Shown here in pieces: positions 37,061 through 46,905 of a DNA stretch of 64,000 nt (its first letter is position 1; each line of letters begins with the position of its first letter). Under the pieces are notes generated by a model. That model searched no databases. It saw only the letters and a list, made by a program, of their open reading frames with translations, and was not told the origin of the DNA. Source of the DNA: a virus (taxonomy: Duplodnaviria; Caudoviricetes); IMG/VR virus record IMGVR_UViG_3300032373_000001. One strand, given 5' to 3'. The translations under genes were made by a program, and so were the position numbers.

Positions 37061-37088
37061 TATTGACAATCCACCGGGAGTAAAACGA

Positions 37089-40000
37089 TCAATTCCGGTG
37101 CAAATCGGACGCTTGCTTGCCGGTGGCAGTGATGAGGTTCTTCAGGTACTCCTGAACCCAATCGAGGAAGGCACGCTTAGACCGCAACTCTGTCATCTTG
37201 CGTTTAGGGGCAGCTTTGGCCCGCGCTTTCTTGGCAGCCCTCTTGTGGTCAGCGACCACTGCTTCGCGGCCGACCTCTTTGGTCACCGCCGGGTCCAAGA
37301 ACGCGGTCTCAGCCTGCATCAAGTCGATGAGGTGCTGCCGGATCTCATTGCGGTCCTCGTCGCTGAGGTAGCCTGAGCGGTCGGGGTCGGTGAGGAACTG
37401 AACCAGGGAGGCACCCGGATGGTCTTCCGGCAAGAGATCTTCCAAGTCTTGGTCCGTCAGATCCTCGTAGATGCTGCGCATCATGCGCTGGTCTGCCAGA
37501 CCCGAGCCACCGTACATGGAGAGGCCAGCCAACTTGTCCAGGGACCCAGCTTTATCTGCTGCCTGAACCAAGCGTGCCATAGAGCTGGCAACGCCCGTAG
37601 CCTTGTCCCCGTCTTGGATGGCGCTGGCCATCCCGATCCCACGCTGGATCGCCTCAAGGTGGTCCCGTTGGGCACTGTCCTCGGGAAGACCCTCAATCTT
37701 CTCTTCGACCCTTTCCCAGTGTCGCTGACGGGTATCCGCATCCAGCTTCTTGTAGGAAGAGACCGCGCTCAAGGCACGCTCCGCAGCAGCCTTCTTGCTC
37801 TCCTCGGAAGAAGCCTCACCCTTCGGAGGAAGCGGGTCTTCCAAGTCTACTGCGGGGTTGTCCAGCACGTTTTCGTAGTAGGCCATAAGCGCCAGGTTCT
37901 CCGCCAAGGTGGTGGGGTCCTTCACCGAACCTTTCTGGACCTGATCCGTCATATCCTTCAGGGCTTCCAGCAGCCGAGAACTGTCGGGGATGGCCTCTCG
38001 AACCAGCGAGGAGGACGCAGTACTGAACTGCTCCTTGAACTCCTCATACTGATCCGCCCCGAAAGAGTCCAAGACCTCGCGAGTCTTGTCGCGGGAGTCC
38101 TCGGGAACCCCCCTCAGTGCCCTGGTGGTGTACTTCTTCCGCTCCGTAAAATAGCGGTCCAGGGAGACCTCCGAGCTCTCATCCTCTTTCGGCTTGTCCG
38201 CCGAGGGAGCCTCTTTCTCGGGAGCCGCCTCATTCTGCTGGCGGAGCTTCTCTTGCTGAGACTCAGGCAGGGAACCGAACTCGACCTTGTTCCCGGTCTC
38301 TTCGGAGGTGTACTCCTTGCCCTCTGCCCAGTCAGGAACCTTCGCTGCCATACGAGCTACCCTGGCAGCGCTGGGCATGCGAGGGTAGCTTCGATCAAAA
38401 GGGTCGGGGGTCGGGACCCCCGAGGCCCGCTGTTCGCACTGACGCGACCGGATGCGGGTCTCATGTAGACCCGCATCCTTGTAGTTCTGGGAGCGGTCTT
38501 TCTTGTCCTGCTTCTCGTCGGGATCCTGATCTCCGTCGGTGTCGACCTTGCGGTTCCGGAGGTCCATGCGAGGAGGCTTCTTCTTGGGGGACTGCTGTAC
38601 CAGTTTCTCAGCTTCCCGGTCGTCCTTCTCCCCCTCGCTGAGAGTCGACTGCTTGAACCAGACTGCGGAGAGCTGACCCGACAAGGATGCCTTGACCTTC
38701 TTGCCCTTGTTCCGCTTCTCGTTGACCCACCGCCAGAACTGACCGATGGGCATGGTGGAGATCTCACCCTCCTTGAAGTATCCGGGCTTAGAGTACTGGT
38801 TCTTGTAGGCCCCGATGGCCTCCTCGACCGAGTTGAACCCCAGCATCACCTTGTCTTCATCGTACTTCCCGTCCCAAGGGTTGTGCTGATGAACCACGAC
38901 CACCAGAGAGCTGTCGTGGTTATCGCCCACATACACGTCGAGCTTGTCGCCGTCCGTACCCTCGGTGCCCCGGATCTCCCCGTAGTGGCAGATCATCTTG
39001 ACGGACCAGGGCTCCCCGTCAGGGTCCGTGCCGGAGCGGGTGCTGCCCTTCTTGTTCTCCACGTCGATCTTGACGCCCTGGAAGTCGATGAAGCCTTCGA
39101 AAGGATACTCTTTCCGCTTGGCCTTGGGGGGGAGGACCTTGACCGGGTGGAAGTTATGGGGAGACTCGACCAACTTCTGGTTGGTCGAGGCGAACTTCAC
39201 CGTATAGCCAGCAATCTGACGGGTCAGGTCCCCCACGCGATAGCTGAGGAGCTGAGCCTCTTCGTTGTCCCAGAGGTCCCGCACGTCTTCAGCAAGGTCA
39301 TCGATGCGGCGGAACAAGCGGATAAACCCGAGACCCGGCAGGGCGGGTCGCTTGCCGCTGCGGGGCTTGATGTAGCCCTCTACGACCTCCCGGAACTGTC
39401 GGTGGAGGTCGTAGAGCTTCCGGGATGCCCGGTGTGCCCCTTCTACGGCAGCCTCTGCGGCCAGCGCCTTGGTAACCGTGCTCAGATCTTCAACCTGCTG
39501 ATGGAAGGGCGACCGGATCTTGAGCGGGAACACGTCTGCAAGTTTGAGGGTCGCGAACCTCCAAGCACGCGGTCGGGCCGACCCCTTGCGCACGGACTCC
39601 ACGTGACGCATGAACTTCAGAAACTTAAAGCTCAGCGACTGAAGCTCCCAACTCGGCCAAAGCTCCGACGCCTCGTAGAGTGCCTCATCAGCCTCTTTCA
39701 TCTTCCCCAAGAAGTAGTCCCACTTGGGTTCCACGAGCGGGTTCTTGCGGGACTGCTTCATAGAGGGCTCGATGCCATCGATGAACGCGGAAGACATCTT
39801 TGCGTAGGCCCGGCCCAGCAGGGCTTCAGCGGCCTGAGCTCCAGGGTCATCCCTGAACTTGGTGCGCGACCCATGGCTGAATGCAGCGATGCGCGCCATG
39901 AGGTTGTAGGATTCCTTGTAGAGCGGGAAATACCGCCACGCCGGGTCAGCGTATCGGGGGCGCTCCTGGCCCGCATCCATGAGCTGGAGGTTGTCGTAGA

Positions 40001-41507
40001 CCCCCGAAAGCCCGGTCGCCTCCTTGGCGAGGCGGAGTTGGCAGCGGTTGTTCACGTCTACGATACGAGGGTTCTTGAGCTTGGTCGCATCGAACCACGC
40101 GGTGCTCTCGATCATCCAGCCCTCGACGAACGGGGCACCGCGCGCCGTGACGTGAACTCCGTCGTAGAAACCGGCGACCTCCGCCCAGTCGATGCGGATA
40201 TCGGAACCCTCTTCTTCGTAGTCATCCTGCTCAAAGGTCACTGGATCGAGGTAGGCGAACGGGTACACCAGCCCGAAGAGATAGTCCCTCTGAGAGTCGA
40301 TCACCAAGAGGTTCGCTGAAGGGGCCGGGTCCAGCAAGACCGCCTTCTCTCCGACCCACTCCGGCATCTCACCCTTACACCAGTCCAACCACGGAGAGAT
40401 GTTGCCCTTCAAGGTGCTGGTCCAGAACGCCTCGCGGGGCTTGAACCGGGCTACCTTCGGACTGAACATCTTCCGGAGGGTCTGGTACTGAAACTTCTGT
40501 CCGGGGCGGAGCAGGAAGACCTGAGTCCCGAGAGCCTTGGCTTGACGCTCCGAGGCGAACCGCTTCAGGAGCTCCCGGACCACCTGCTGACGGTATGCGG
40601 GCTCGGTGAGACCAGACTCCTTGACCTGCTGAGCCCAGACCCCAGCATCCTGCTCCAGCTTCGCCTGGGCATACTCCGAAAACCTGGCATAGCGCGTAGT
40701 CATAGAGGCTTCCTTGTCGAGCTTGTCCAACACCGTACCGTCCTGAAGGAAGCGGTCTACCATCCCAGGGACCAGGTACTGGCTTTTGAGCGTGCTGGCC
40801 TCATGGCCCACAGCTGCTGCCGCAATCTCCAGGGCATCGGCGAGCTCTTGCTTCAGGATAGGGTCCCGCTCTTTCCGGGGCGTGGGAAGCTCAGGACCAT
40901 CGCTGCGGATCTTCTTCAGGGCTGCACGCACCTCTTCGTTTGCGTGAAGACCCCGGAGGTCCTTGGCGGTGACCCCAAACTCCTTGAGGTAGTCGTTGAC
41001 CTCGGAGGCAGTGATGGAGCAATCCGCACCCTCGCAGAGCACCTTGTCGTCTGAGCCTTTGCCGTCGAGCGCCTTCTTCAGCGCCCCTACCAGGGCACCG
41101 TCTTCGACGGTTTTGTCGTGCTTGACGCCACTCTTCCCCACGTACTTGAAGGTGGCCTTGTTGCCCTCCACCGTGACGTGCTTCTTCAACCAGCCAGTGA
41201 CCCCGAAGTGCCCATCCTTGGCCGACTCCGGATTGCCCACCCTCTCGTAGGTGTTGTCGATGAGGGCCACAGCCAAGGCCGTAAGGCGCTTCTGAGGGTC
41301 AGAAGCGGAGAGGTCCTTCTTGTACTTCGACCGGAGCTTGCCGATGCTCTTGCGGAGCTTTTCGACGCGCTTGGCCTTGGCCTTGTTCCGATTGGACTGC
41401 TGGATGGGGCCGTACTCGTACACGGTCGTCTTCCCCGAGCCGTCTACCTTGTCGACCTCTTTCTTGTTCTTGTACTTGGCCAGGACCCGGCTCGGATCAA
41501 GTTTCAC
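37089..41507 (-). CDS. Polyvalent protein: topoisomerase IB + unknown (ART-like?) domain + inorganic pyrophosphatase-like domain + acidic helical region
   Basis: Topo IB pentad (ERVGN, GKSG, KDLR, GH-x8-Y); FQGVKIDVENKKGS.RSG.D..G...YGEI.GT.G.DGDKLDVYVG...DEDKVMLGF. GTG start at 41507 overlaps the upstream TGA, with GGAG RBS. Confidence 0.8.
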   Translation of the reverse strand: MKLDPSRVLAKYKNKKEVDKVDGSGKTTVYEYGPIQQSNRNKAKAKRVEKLRKSIGKLRSKYKKDLSASDPQKRLTALAVALIDNTYERVGNPESAKDGHFGVTGWLKKHVTVEGNKATFKYVGKSGVKHDKTVEDGALVGALKKALDGKGSDDKVLCEGADCSITASEVNDYLKEFGVTAKDLRGLHANEEVRAALKKIRSDGPELPTPRKERDPILKQELADALEIAAAAVGHEASTLKSQYLVPGMVDRFLQDGTVLDKLDKEASMTTRYARFSEYAQAKLEQDAGVWAQQVKESGLTEPAYRQQVVRELLKRFASERQAKALGTQVFLLRPGQKFQYQTLRKMFSPKVARFKPREAFWTSTLKGNISPWLDWCKGEMPEWVGEKAVLLDPAPSANLLVIDSQRDYLFGLVYPFAYLDPVTFEQDDYEEEGSDIRIDWAEVAGFYDGVHVTARGAPFVEGWMIESTAWFDATKLKNPRIVDVNNRCQLRLAKEATGLSGVYDNLQLMDAGQERPRYADPAWRYFPLYKESYNLMARIAAFSHGSRTKFRDDPGAQAAEALLGRAYAKMSSAFIDGIEPSMKQSRKNPLVEPKWDYFLGKMKEADEALYEASELWPSWELQSLSFKFLKFMRHVESVRKGSARPRAWRFATLKLADVFPLKIRSPFHQQVEDLSTVTKALAAEAAVEGAHRASRKLYDLHRQFREVVEGYIKPRSGKRPALPGLGFIRLFRRIDDLAEDVRDLWDNEEAQLLSYRVGDLTRQIAGYTVKFASTNQKLVESPHNFHPVKVLPPKAKRKEYPFEGFIDFQGVKIDVENKKGSTRSGTDPDGEPWSVKMICHYGEIRGTEGTDGDKLDVYVGDNHDSSLVVVVHQHNPWDGKYDEDKVMLGFNSVEEAIGAYKNQYSKPGYFKEGEISTMPIGQFWRWVNEKRNKGKKVKASLSGQLSAVWFKQSTLSEGEKDDREAEKLVQQSPKKKPPRMDLRNRKVDTDGDQDPDEKQDKKDRSQNYKDAGLHETRIRSRQCEQRASGVPTPDPFDRSYPRMPSAARVARMAAKVPDWAEGKEYTSEETGNKVEFGSLPESQQEKLRQQNEAAPEKEAPSADKPKEDESSEVSLDRYFTERKKYTTRALRGVPEDSRDKTREVLDSFGADQYEEFKEQFSTASSSLVREAIPDSSRLLEALKDMTDQVQKGSVKDPTTLAENLALMAYYENVLDNPAVDLEDPLPPKGEASSEESKKAAAERALSAVSSYKKLDADTRQRHWERVEEKIEGLPEDSAQRDHLEAIQRGIGMASAIQDGDKATGVASSMARLVQAADKAGSLDKLAGLSMYGGSGLADQRMMRSIYEDLTDQDLEDLLPEDHPGASLVQFLTDPDRSGYLSDEDRNEIRQHLIDLMQAETAFLDPAVTKEVGREAVVADHKRAAKKARAKAAPKRKMTELRSKRAFLDWVQEYLKNLITATGKQASDLHRN

Positions 41508-44500
41508 AGCTGACTCCAACGGAGGGACAACTCTCGCATTGCCTGAATGCTGGCGAGACGCCCGGCATCTTGAAGGGGGGTATTCGGGGGCAAGTACCCA
41601 GGACTCGAACCGAGCGGGATGTTCTCTGGGGCACCCATGCCCCAGATCTGGACGCTGTTGAAGTCCCAGGAGCCCCGGGGAGCCTCCAACCTCACTTCCT
41701 CACCTACAGGCACGTAGGCGATCGTGACGTGGGGATTCCAGCGGGGGAACGAATCCTTGACCTCGAACCCCGCCTCTTCGAGCCGTGCGCGGAGCCCATC
41801 TCTGGCCCGATTGAGGTCGCGACTGAACCGGACCCTGCTGAAGATGACCTTTTGCTCAGGGCTCAAGAAGCGGTCCAGCCCTCTCAGGGCAGCCCGGACC
41901 GGGCCGCGGACCTCACTGAACGCCTGGGTGCAGACAACCTTGAAATCTTCCTCTCGCCCCTCGGGGACCTGACCCACGTACAGGAGGGTGATGTGGGCCG
42001 GGGATGGGTCCTCACTCTTGGTCGGGTACTGAGCCGCCAACCCCTCCGGGAGGGGAATGAACAGGCCCACAGAAGTGCCCGTGGGAGGGACCACCGCAGC
42101 AGCCTGGGCGGAAGCCGTTCGGCTCTGAGGGGCGGAGGCTCGCCGGGACATAAAAGTGTGACCCCTTTCCCGGCCCGTCTCGACGAACCCGCGACGCTTC
42201 AGCATGCGAATCGCGTGAGGGTTGACTGCATCCAGGCAGAAATCCAAATCCTCGAAGGCTTCAGAGATTGCATCGTACTCGTCGATGGCATAGTCCATGA
42301 GCTTGGCCCCGAGGCCCTGCTTTTGCCTGTCGGGGCGGACTGCGATGTCGAAGGAGTAGCAGTCGTTGCTAACCTCGTCGAACAGTACCGCGACCAGCTC
42401 CCCGCCGACCATGAGCCCTGCCTTGAAGTCCTTGCCGCTGAAGATGTTGATGCCCGCTTGCTTGGCGATCTCCCAAGGGTCCGGGCCATCCCACGGAACC
42501 TCGAAGACCCACTCGACCCGATTGCTGAGCTTCAGGGCCTTTTCCTCGCCGCCTGCTGCCAAGATAAGGACACCGTCCTCTTCTTTGAGCACATCACCCT
42601 CGAACCGGGCTCCCTGAGCCGTGGTCCAAGCGACCTTGGTCTGCTGGGTCCACTTCTCCCCATCGGTATCTCGTCCAGCCTCCAGCGCGCCGAGATAGAA
42701 CCAGTGCTCTTCGATGCTGGCACGATCTGCGCCGCGAGGCAGGGCAGCCGTAGACGCCCCGTAGTCGGGTTCGGTGACCAGCTCCCAGGTGTTGGAGTAG
42801 AGGACCGGGACGCCCGCAGCGTCTTCTTTCGACTGGCCGATCGTCGGGTGGATGCTCGCAGTACGACTCATGCCCGCCCCCTTGGGCTGAGGAGAACCAT
42901 TCGCATACAACCGGGAACCCCGAACATAGCGCACCAGGTCCTGTTCTCCCAGCTGATAGGGGGTGTTGCTCAAGAGACTCATGGCCTGGGCCTTGGTCAT
43001 CAGCTTCGGACCCTTCAGGACGACGTCCTGATTCCAGGTGACCTCTTCCGAATAGGAGGGCTTGGGCATGGTGTCGGTCCGGAACCGGATTGCAACGACC
43101 GGACCCTCATCCTTGTCGATGTGGGTAGTCTGGGTCCCCGGGACGTAGTCTCCCCACACCAACGAGATGGCATACACGGCATAGCCGCCGAACTTCTTGA
43201 TTCCGGGCGGGTCAAGCAAGAGCTTCTTGGAGCGGAGAATAGAGGCAGCACGCTTGGCGGTGGTGAAGTGGACGAACTCATCCGACGCCAAGTTCATCTC
43301 ATAGACGCGGCCTTCCATGAAGGTGGTCTCGCTCGTGGGCGTCGGACCCGCAGAGCCCACCTTAACCTTCATGGTATCTCCAGTCCACTCCCCACCCTTT
43401 TCCTTGTACCACTTGGCAGCCCACCCTTGATGGAATCGGACAGGCATCTTGGGGTGCTTATCTTGGGCCGACCTCAGCGCCTCGGCCCAGAGGGCTGCAT
43501 TCTCGGGCTTGCCGAAGTCCCCCTCAAAGAACTCCCTTGAACCCTTGAACCAAGCCGCCCGAAGCTGGCGAGACGCAGCGCTGGAGAACAGGCCCGCCAC
43601 AGCCTTGTAGGCTTCCCCGATCGCCTTCCTGTACTTGCCCTGAGCAGAGGCTCCGGCCCGCTTCAGGTCATAGAAGAACGCAAGCGGATAGGTCCGGGTG
43701 TCGTGCCGGCGCTGGCCCACCATGATGCGGAAAGCTGCTGCCCGTTCCTCTATCGGGAGGGCTTCCAACCCCTCCCGCATACGCTCAATAGCGTCCGGCA
43801 ACTTGGTGTAGAACTCCCGGTCGTCCAGCGAATGCTGCGATCGGTTTTGGCCCTGCTGGCGGATGTCCGGGGTGCGGATCTTCTTGCCGGGGAGGCCCGC
43901 CTGGATCTTGTCGGAGGCGAATCCCGCCAGAGTGCTCAGGAGGTTCTGGGCATAGTGGCGCATCTCGTGCTGAAGGGCCTGCTGGATCCACTTGGCGTTG
44001 ACCTTCGGGCTAACCTCGACCTCTATGACGGCGGTGCGCGGGTCGAACTCGGCCGAGCGACGACCTCTGGTGTCGCTGAGTATCAGATTCACCCCAGGCT
44101 TCTTGGCACTCCGAAGGATGTCACGCTTCATATTCTCGATGTAGGCGAGCATGTAGTCCGGGATCGGACCTTCCGGGGGCTGGAGCTTCTTCAGGAGGTC
44201 AGCGTTTTCCTTCTCGATCAGCTCCTCAAGGCGGTCCCCGTACTTCCAACCCTTGAGGTCTGCTTCGAACCTCTTCTGAACCGGCCCGCTCAACACCACG
44301 GCTTCTGGGTGGAGCTTGCTGAGCCGTTCCCACTCCTCCCATGCAGAGTTGTCGGAGCCCATGCCTTGGGCCACGCCCTTGTCCATACGGGTTTTAGCCC
44401 AAGAAGCGACGGCCCAGCGATACATCTCGTCCAACATCGCCGGAGGAGCTTCGAGCAGACCTGCCTGCTTCGATGCAACGAAACGGTCAGGGATACCCAC

Positions 44501-46897
44501 GGGCCGGGTAGCAGCGGCGCACTTTTCAGAAGAGATCCTGACCGTCGGGAGAACCTGCCGCAACATCCCCAGGATCATATCCGGAACAGCCTTGGGGCCG
44601 AAGGCAACAAGTTTCCCCAACGCTTCACAGAAGGACTCCTCGGGGTTCTTGTTGGCGTACCCGCTGATAGGTAGCCCCGGAACGCGGACCACGGGGGGCC
44701 CGCCCCCTTCCAGATAGTCCCGGATGTCCTCTGCTGAGTCGAGGCCCTGACTCGACGCGGGGCCGTACTCCAAGGCAGAGAGTTGGAGGTGTAGGATAGG
44801 GTCCGCCTTCTTCAAGGCACTATCGATGACCCAAGAGGCACCCACAGATTCCATCTTCCGAAGAGCCCGGCGGAGGTCCAAGTCCTTGGAGGTCCCCCGA
44901 ATGAGTCCCCCCCAAGTCTTCCGGGCATCTCCGGAGAGCACCGTCTGGTAAAGGTGATGGCCCATCTCATGGGCCATCACCCAGACAAACCTGCGGATGT
45001 CCGAGCCGAGCTCCCAAGGGGTGACGTGGATCATCCCCCTCTCATAGTAGGCCCCTGCGCTGCTGGGGACCCCCGCCTCAAAATTCCACTGAATGTGGAC
45101 CGGGACCATACGTTGGAGAATGATGGGGGCGGTTTGTTGGGAACGCTCCCGAAAGAGGGCCAAGCCCTGCCGAACGATCGGGAGTTTGTCTTGGTACGGG
45201 GAGTCTTCGAAGCCTCGGAACACCACGCGGAACCCCGAGAGGCTCACGACCTCTTCCTCCGGGACCAGAAAGGGGATCGGCTCCTGACCGCCGCGCAGAC
45301 TCGCAGACCACTCTGCCAAATCCCCAAGCACCGACCACGACTTGCGCGCCTTTGCCCGGATGCGGTTGGCCCACTTTCGGGCTTCGTCTTTCCACTTGCC
45401 CAGAGCTTCCACTTCGGCTTCCTGCCGGGACCAGAGCGGACGGCGCGTCAAGTAGGACCGAGTCTGAGCCTCTGCGTCCTCTCGAGAGGACGCATATCCC
45501 CGGTCCAAGTAGAACCGGACGAGCTCTTCAAACAGTTCCTCTGGGGGTCGCCAAGGGTTCCCCGAGGAATCCTTCACCGGAATTTGAGAAGAGGGGACCC
45601 TGCCCACCTCATAGGCGAACTCCCACATCGGCTTGAGTGCTCGATCCAAGAAGGCGCGGGCATCTTGAACATTCGCAGGGGAAGTCCTCCCAGGATACTG
45701 GGAGGAGCGGATGCGGCCTTCCAAGTCCTGGCGGACAGTAGCCGTGAAGGAATCGAAGTGCTCCCGCCAACGGTTGACGGCAGCAGATACCTCCTGGGCC
45801 TGAGAGATGCTTTGAACGCGGTCAGCGGCCTTGGCCAGGGCCAAGATGTCTTTCCGAAACCTCTGGATAAGGTTCTCGTCCAGCACTTCCTTGCGGGCAG
45901 TCTTCCCCGGCCCCTTCTTGTCAGCGGCTTCCATCTGCTGGAGGATCTTCTTGACCCAAGCGAGCCCAGGGTCACCGCCCCACAGGAGCCAAGAGACGTA
46001 CCCCTTGTCGTTCCAGGGCTCGCCCTTGTGCTCTTCGGAAATGCCCTTGTTCTTCTGGTGCCGACTGAAGAAGCCGTGCATCTGCTTGATGGTGTCGGGG
46101 GCGATGTTGTCGCGGTTCTTCAGGTTGACAGCGCGCTGAACGCCGGACCCGATGCCCTCTTTGCCAGCTTCCTCGGAAGTCAGACCGCCCTTGTTCGAAG
46201 GGGACGCCTTCTGACGATACTCCAAACCCTTCTCCGCAGCTTTCGCGACCGACTCCGGAGGCTGGAAGTTGATGCCCTTGTATTTCTCCGGCACAGCCGA
46301 CCGAAAGCTAAGGGCCTGCTTGAACCTGCGTGGACTCAAAAGGGAGGCTGCGCGGGGGAAAGCAAACCGCACCGGATCCTGACTGACTCGAACAGGGAGG
46401 TCAAGACCAACATCCCTCAAGAGGGTGGAGGCCCTCGAGACCCCGCCAGCCGAAGGGACCAGGAGCCCCATCATTGCCCCGCTAACCTTGACCGGGGCAT
46501 ATTCCCGCTTGGAGACCCACTCCCCCTCATCCTTTTTCCAGAGGAAGGAGTCGAGCATCGCCTGCCCCTGAGCCTCCTCGACGCACTCTTCATCCTCCTC
46601 GCCCCACTCCTCGTCGTAGCAGCCATCAGGGATTTGGAACTGCTCATACCAACCCTCCCCCGCGATGTAGTCTGCGTGAACGGGGTGCTCCTCGGCCCAA
46701 CGCTCTGTGTATTCCACGGGAATTAGCTGGCTCCGGAGCTTAGAGGCATCCAGCACCAAGCACACATCCCGATGACTGATGTCACCGCTGAACAGAGGCT
46801 TCACCGAGAAGCTCAAGAAGGGTGCGGGACTCTTCATGACCCCCGAACGAAGAATCTTGAGCGCGTTGGACCAAGAAGTGGTGTGGTAGAGATTCAA
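41504..46897 (-). CDS. Polyvalent protein: two ART-like domains, two zincins, GNAT, 2H phosphoesterase and several small conserved phage domains
   Basis: LYHTT..LSFS..EGE; WLLWGGDPG..W; HEMGH; HEMRH; GWAAKWYK.KGG.W; VHFTT; AVRPDRQKQGLGAKL; HITL...PHVTI. TTG start. Confidence 0.78.
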   Translation of the reverse strand: MNLYHTTSWSNALKILRSGVMKSPAPFLSFSVKPLFSGDISHRDVCLVLDASKLRSQLIPVEYTERWAEEHPVHADYIAGEGWYEQFQIPDGCYDEEWGEEDEECVEEAQGQAMLDSFLWKKDEGEWVSKREYAPVKVSGAMMGLLVPSAGGVSRASTLLRDVGLDLPVRVSQDPVRFAFPRAASLLSPRRFKQALSFRSAVPEKYKGINFQPPESVAKAAEKGLEYRQKASPSNKGGLTSEEAGKEGIGSGVQRAVNLKNRDNIAPDTIKQMHGFFSRHQKNKGISEEHKGEPWNDKGYVSWLLWGGDPGLAWVKKILQQMEAADKKGPGKTARKEVLDENLIQRFRKDILALAKAADRVQSISQAQEVSAAVNRWREHFDSFTATVRQDLEGRIRSSQYPGRTSPANVQDARAFLDRALKPMWEFAYEVGRVPSSQIPVKDSSGNPWRPPEELFEELVRFYLDRGYASSREDAEAQTRSYLTRRPLWSRQEAEVEALGKWKDEARKWANRIRAKARKSWSVLGDLAEWSASLRGGQEPIPFLVPEEEVVSLSGFRVVFRGFEDSPYQDKLPIVRQGLALFRERSQQTAPIILQRMVPVHIQWNFEAGVPSSAGAYYERGMIHVTPWELGSDIRRFVWVMAHEMGHHLYQTVLSGDARKTWGGLIRGTSKDLDLRRALRKMESVGASWVIDSALKKADPILHLQLSALEYGPASSQGLDSAEDIRDYLEGGGPPVVRVPGLPISGYANKNPEESFCEALGKLVAFGPKAVPDMILGMLRQVLPTVRISSEKCAAATRPVGIPDRFVASKQAGLLEAPPAMLDEMYRWAVASWAKTRMDKGVAQGMGSDNSAWEEWERLSKLHPEAVVLSGPVQKRFEADLKGWKYGDRLEELIEKENADLLKKLQPPEGPIPDYMLAYIENMKRDILRSAKKPGVNLILSDTRGRRSAEFDPRTAVIEVEVSPKVNAKWIQQALQHEMRHYAQNLLSTLAGFASDKIQAGLPGKKIRTPDIRQQGQNRSQHSLDDREFYTKLPDAIERMREGLEALPIEERAAAFRIMVGQRRHDTRTYPLAFFYDLKRAGASAQGKYRKAIGEAYKAVAGLFSSAASRQLRAAWFKGSREFFEGDFGKPENAALWAEALRSAQDKHPKMPVRFHQGWAAKWYKEKGGEWTGDTMKVKVGSAGPTPTSETTFMEGRVYEMNLASDEFVHFTTAKRAASILRSKKLLLDPPGIKKFGGYAVYAISLVWGDYVPGTQTTHIDKDEGPVVAIRFRTDTMPKPSYSEEVTWNQDVVLKGPKLMTKAQAMSLLSNTPYQLGEQDLVRYVRGSRLYANGSPQPKGAGMSRTASIHPTIGQSKEDAAGVPVLYSNTWELVTEPDYGASTAALPRGADRASIEEHWFYLGALEAGRDTDGEKWTQQTKVAWTTAQGARFEGDVLKEEDGVLILAAGGEEKALKLSNRVEWVFEVPWDGPDPWEIAKQAGINIFSGKDFKAGLMVGGELVAVLFDEVSNDCYSFDIAVRPDRQKQGLGAKLMDYAIDEYDAISEAFEDLDFCLDAVNPHAIRMLKRRGFVETGRERGHTFMSRRASAPQSRTASAQAAAVVPPTGTSVGLFIPLPEGLAAQYPTKSEDPSPAHITLLYVGQVPEGREEDFKVVCTQAFSEVRGPVRAALRGLDRFLSPEQKVIFSRVRFSRDLNRARDGLRARLEEAGFEVKDSFPRWNPHVTIAYVPVGEEVRLEAPRGSWDFNSVQIWGMGAPENIPLGSSPGYLPPNTPLQDAGRLASIQAMRELSLRWSQL

Positions 46898-46905
46898 AGC
46901 GCCCC

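Noticed and set aside
37064-37069. TTGACA hexamers at ~33249 and ~37064 as sigma70 -35 boxes
   Set aside because: No matching -10 box at 16-18 nt, and they face away from the adjacent genes.
41590-41620. GGTTCGAGTCC on the minus strand resembling a tRNA T-loop
   Set aside because: Flanking bases do not form a T-stem or cloverleaf, and it lies in the coding frame of the 1797-aa gene.
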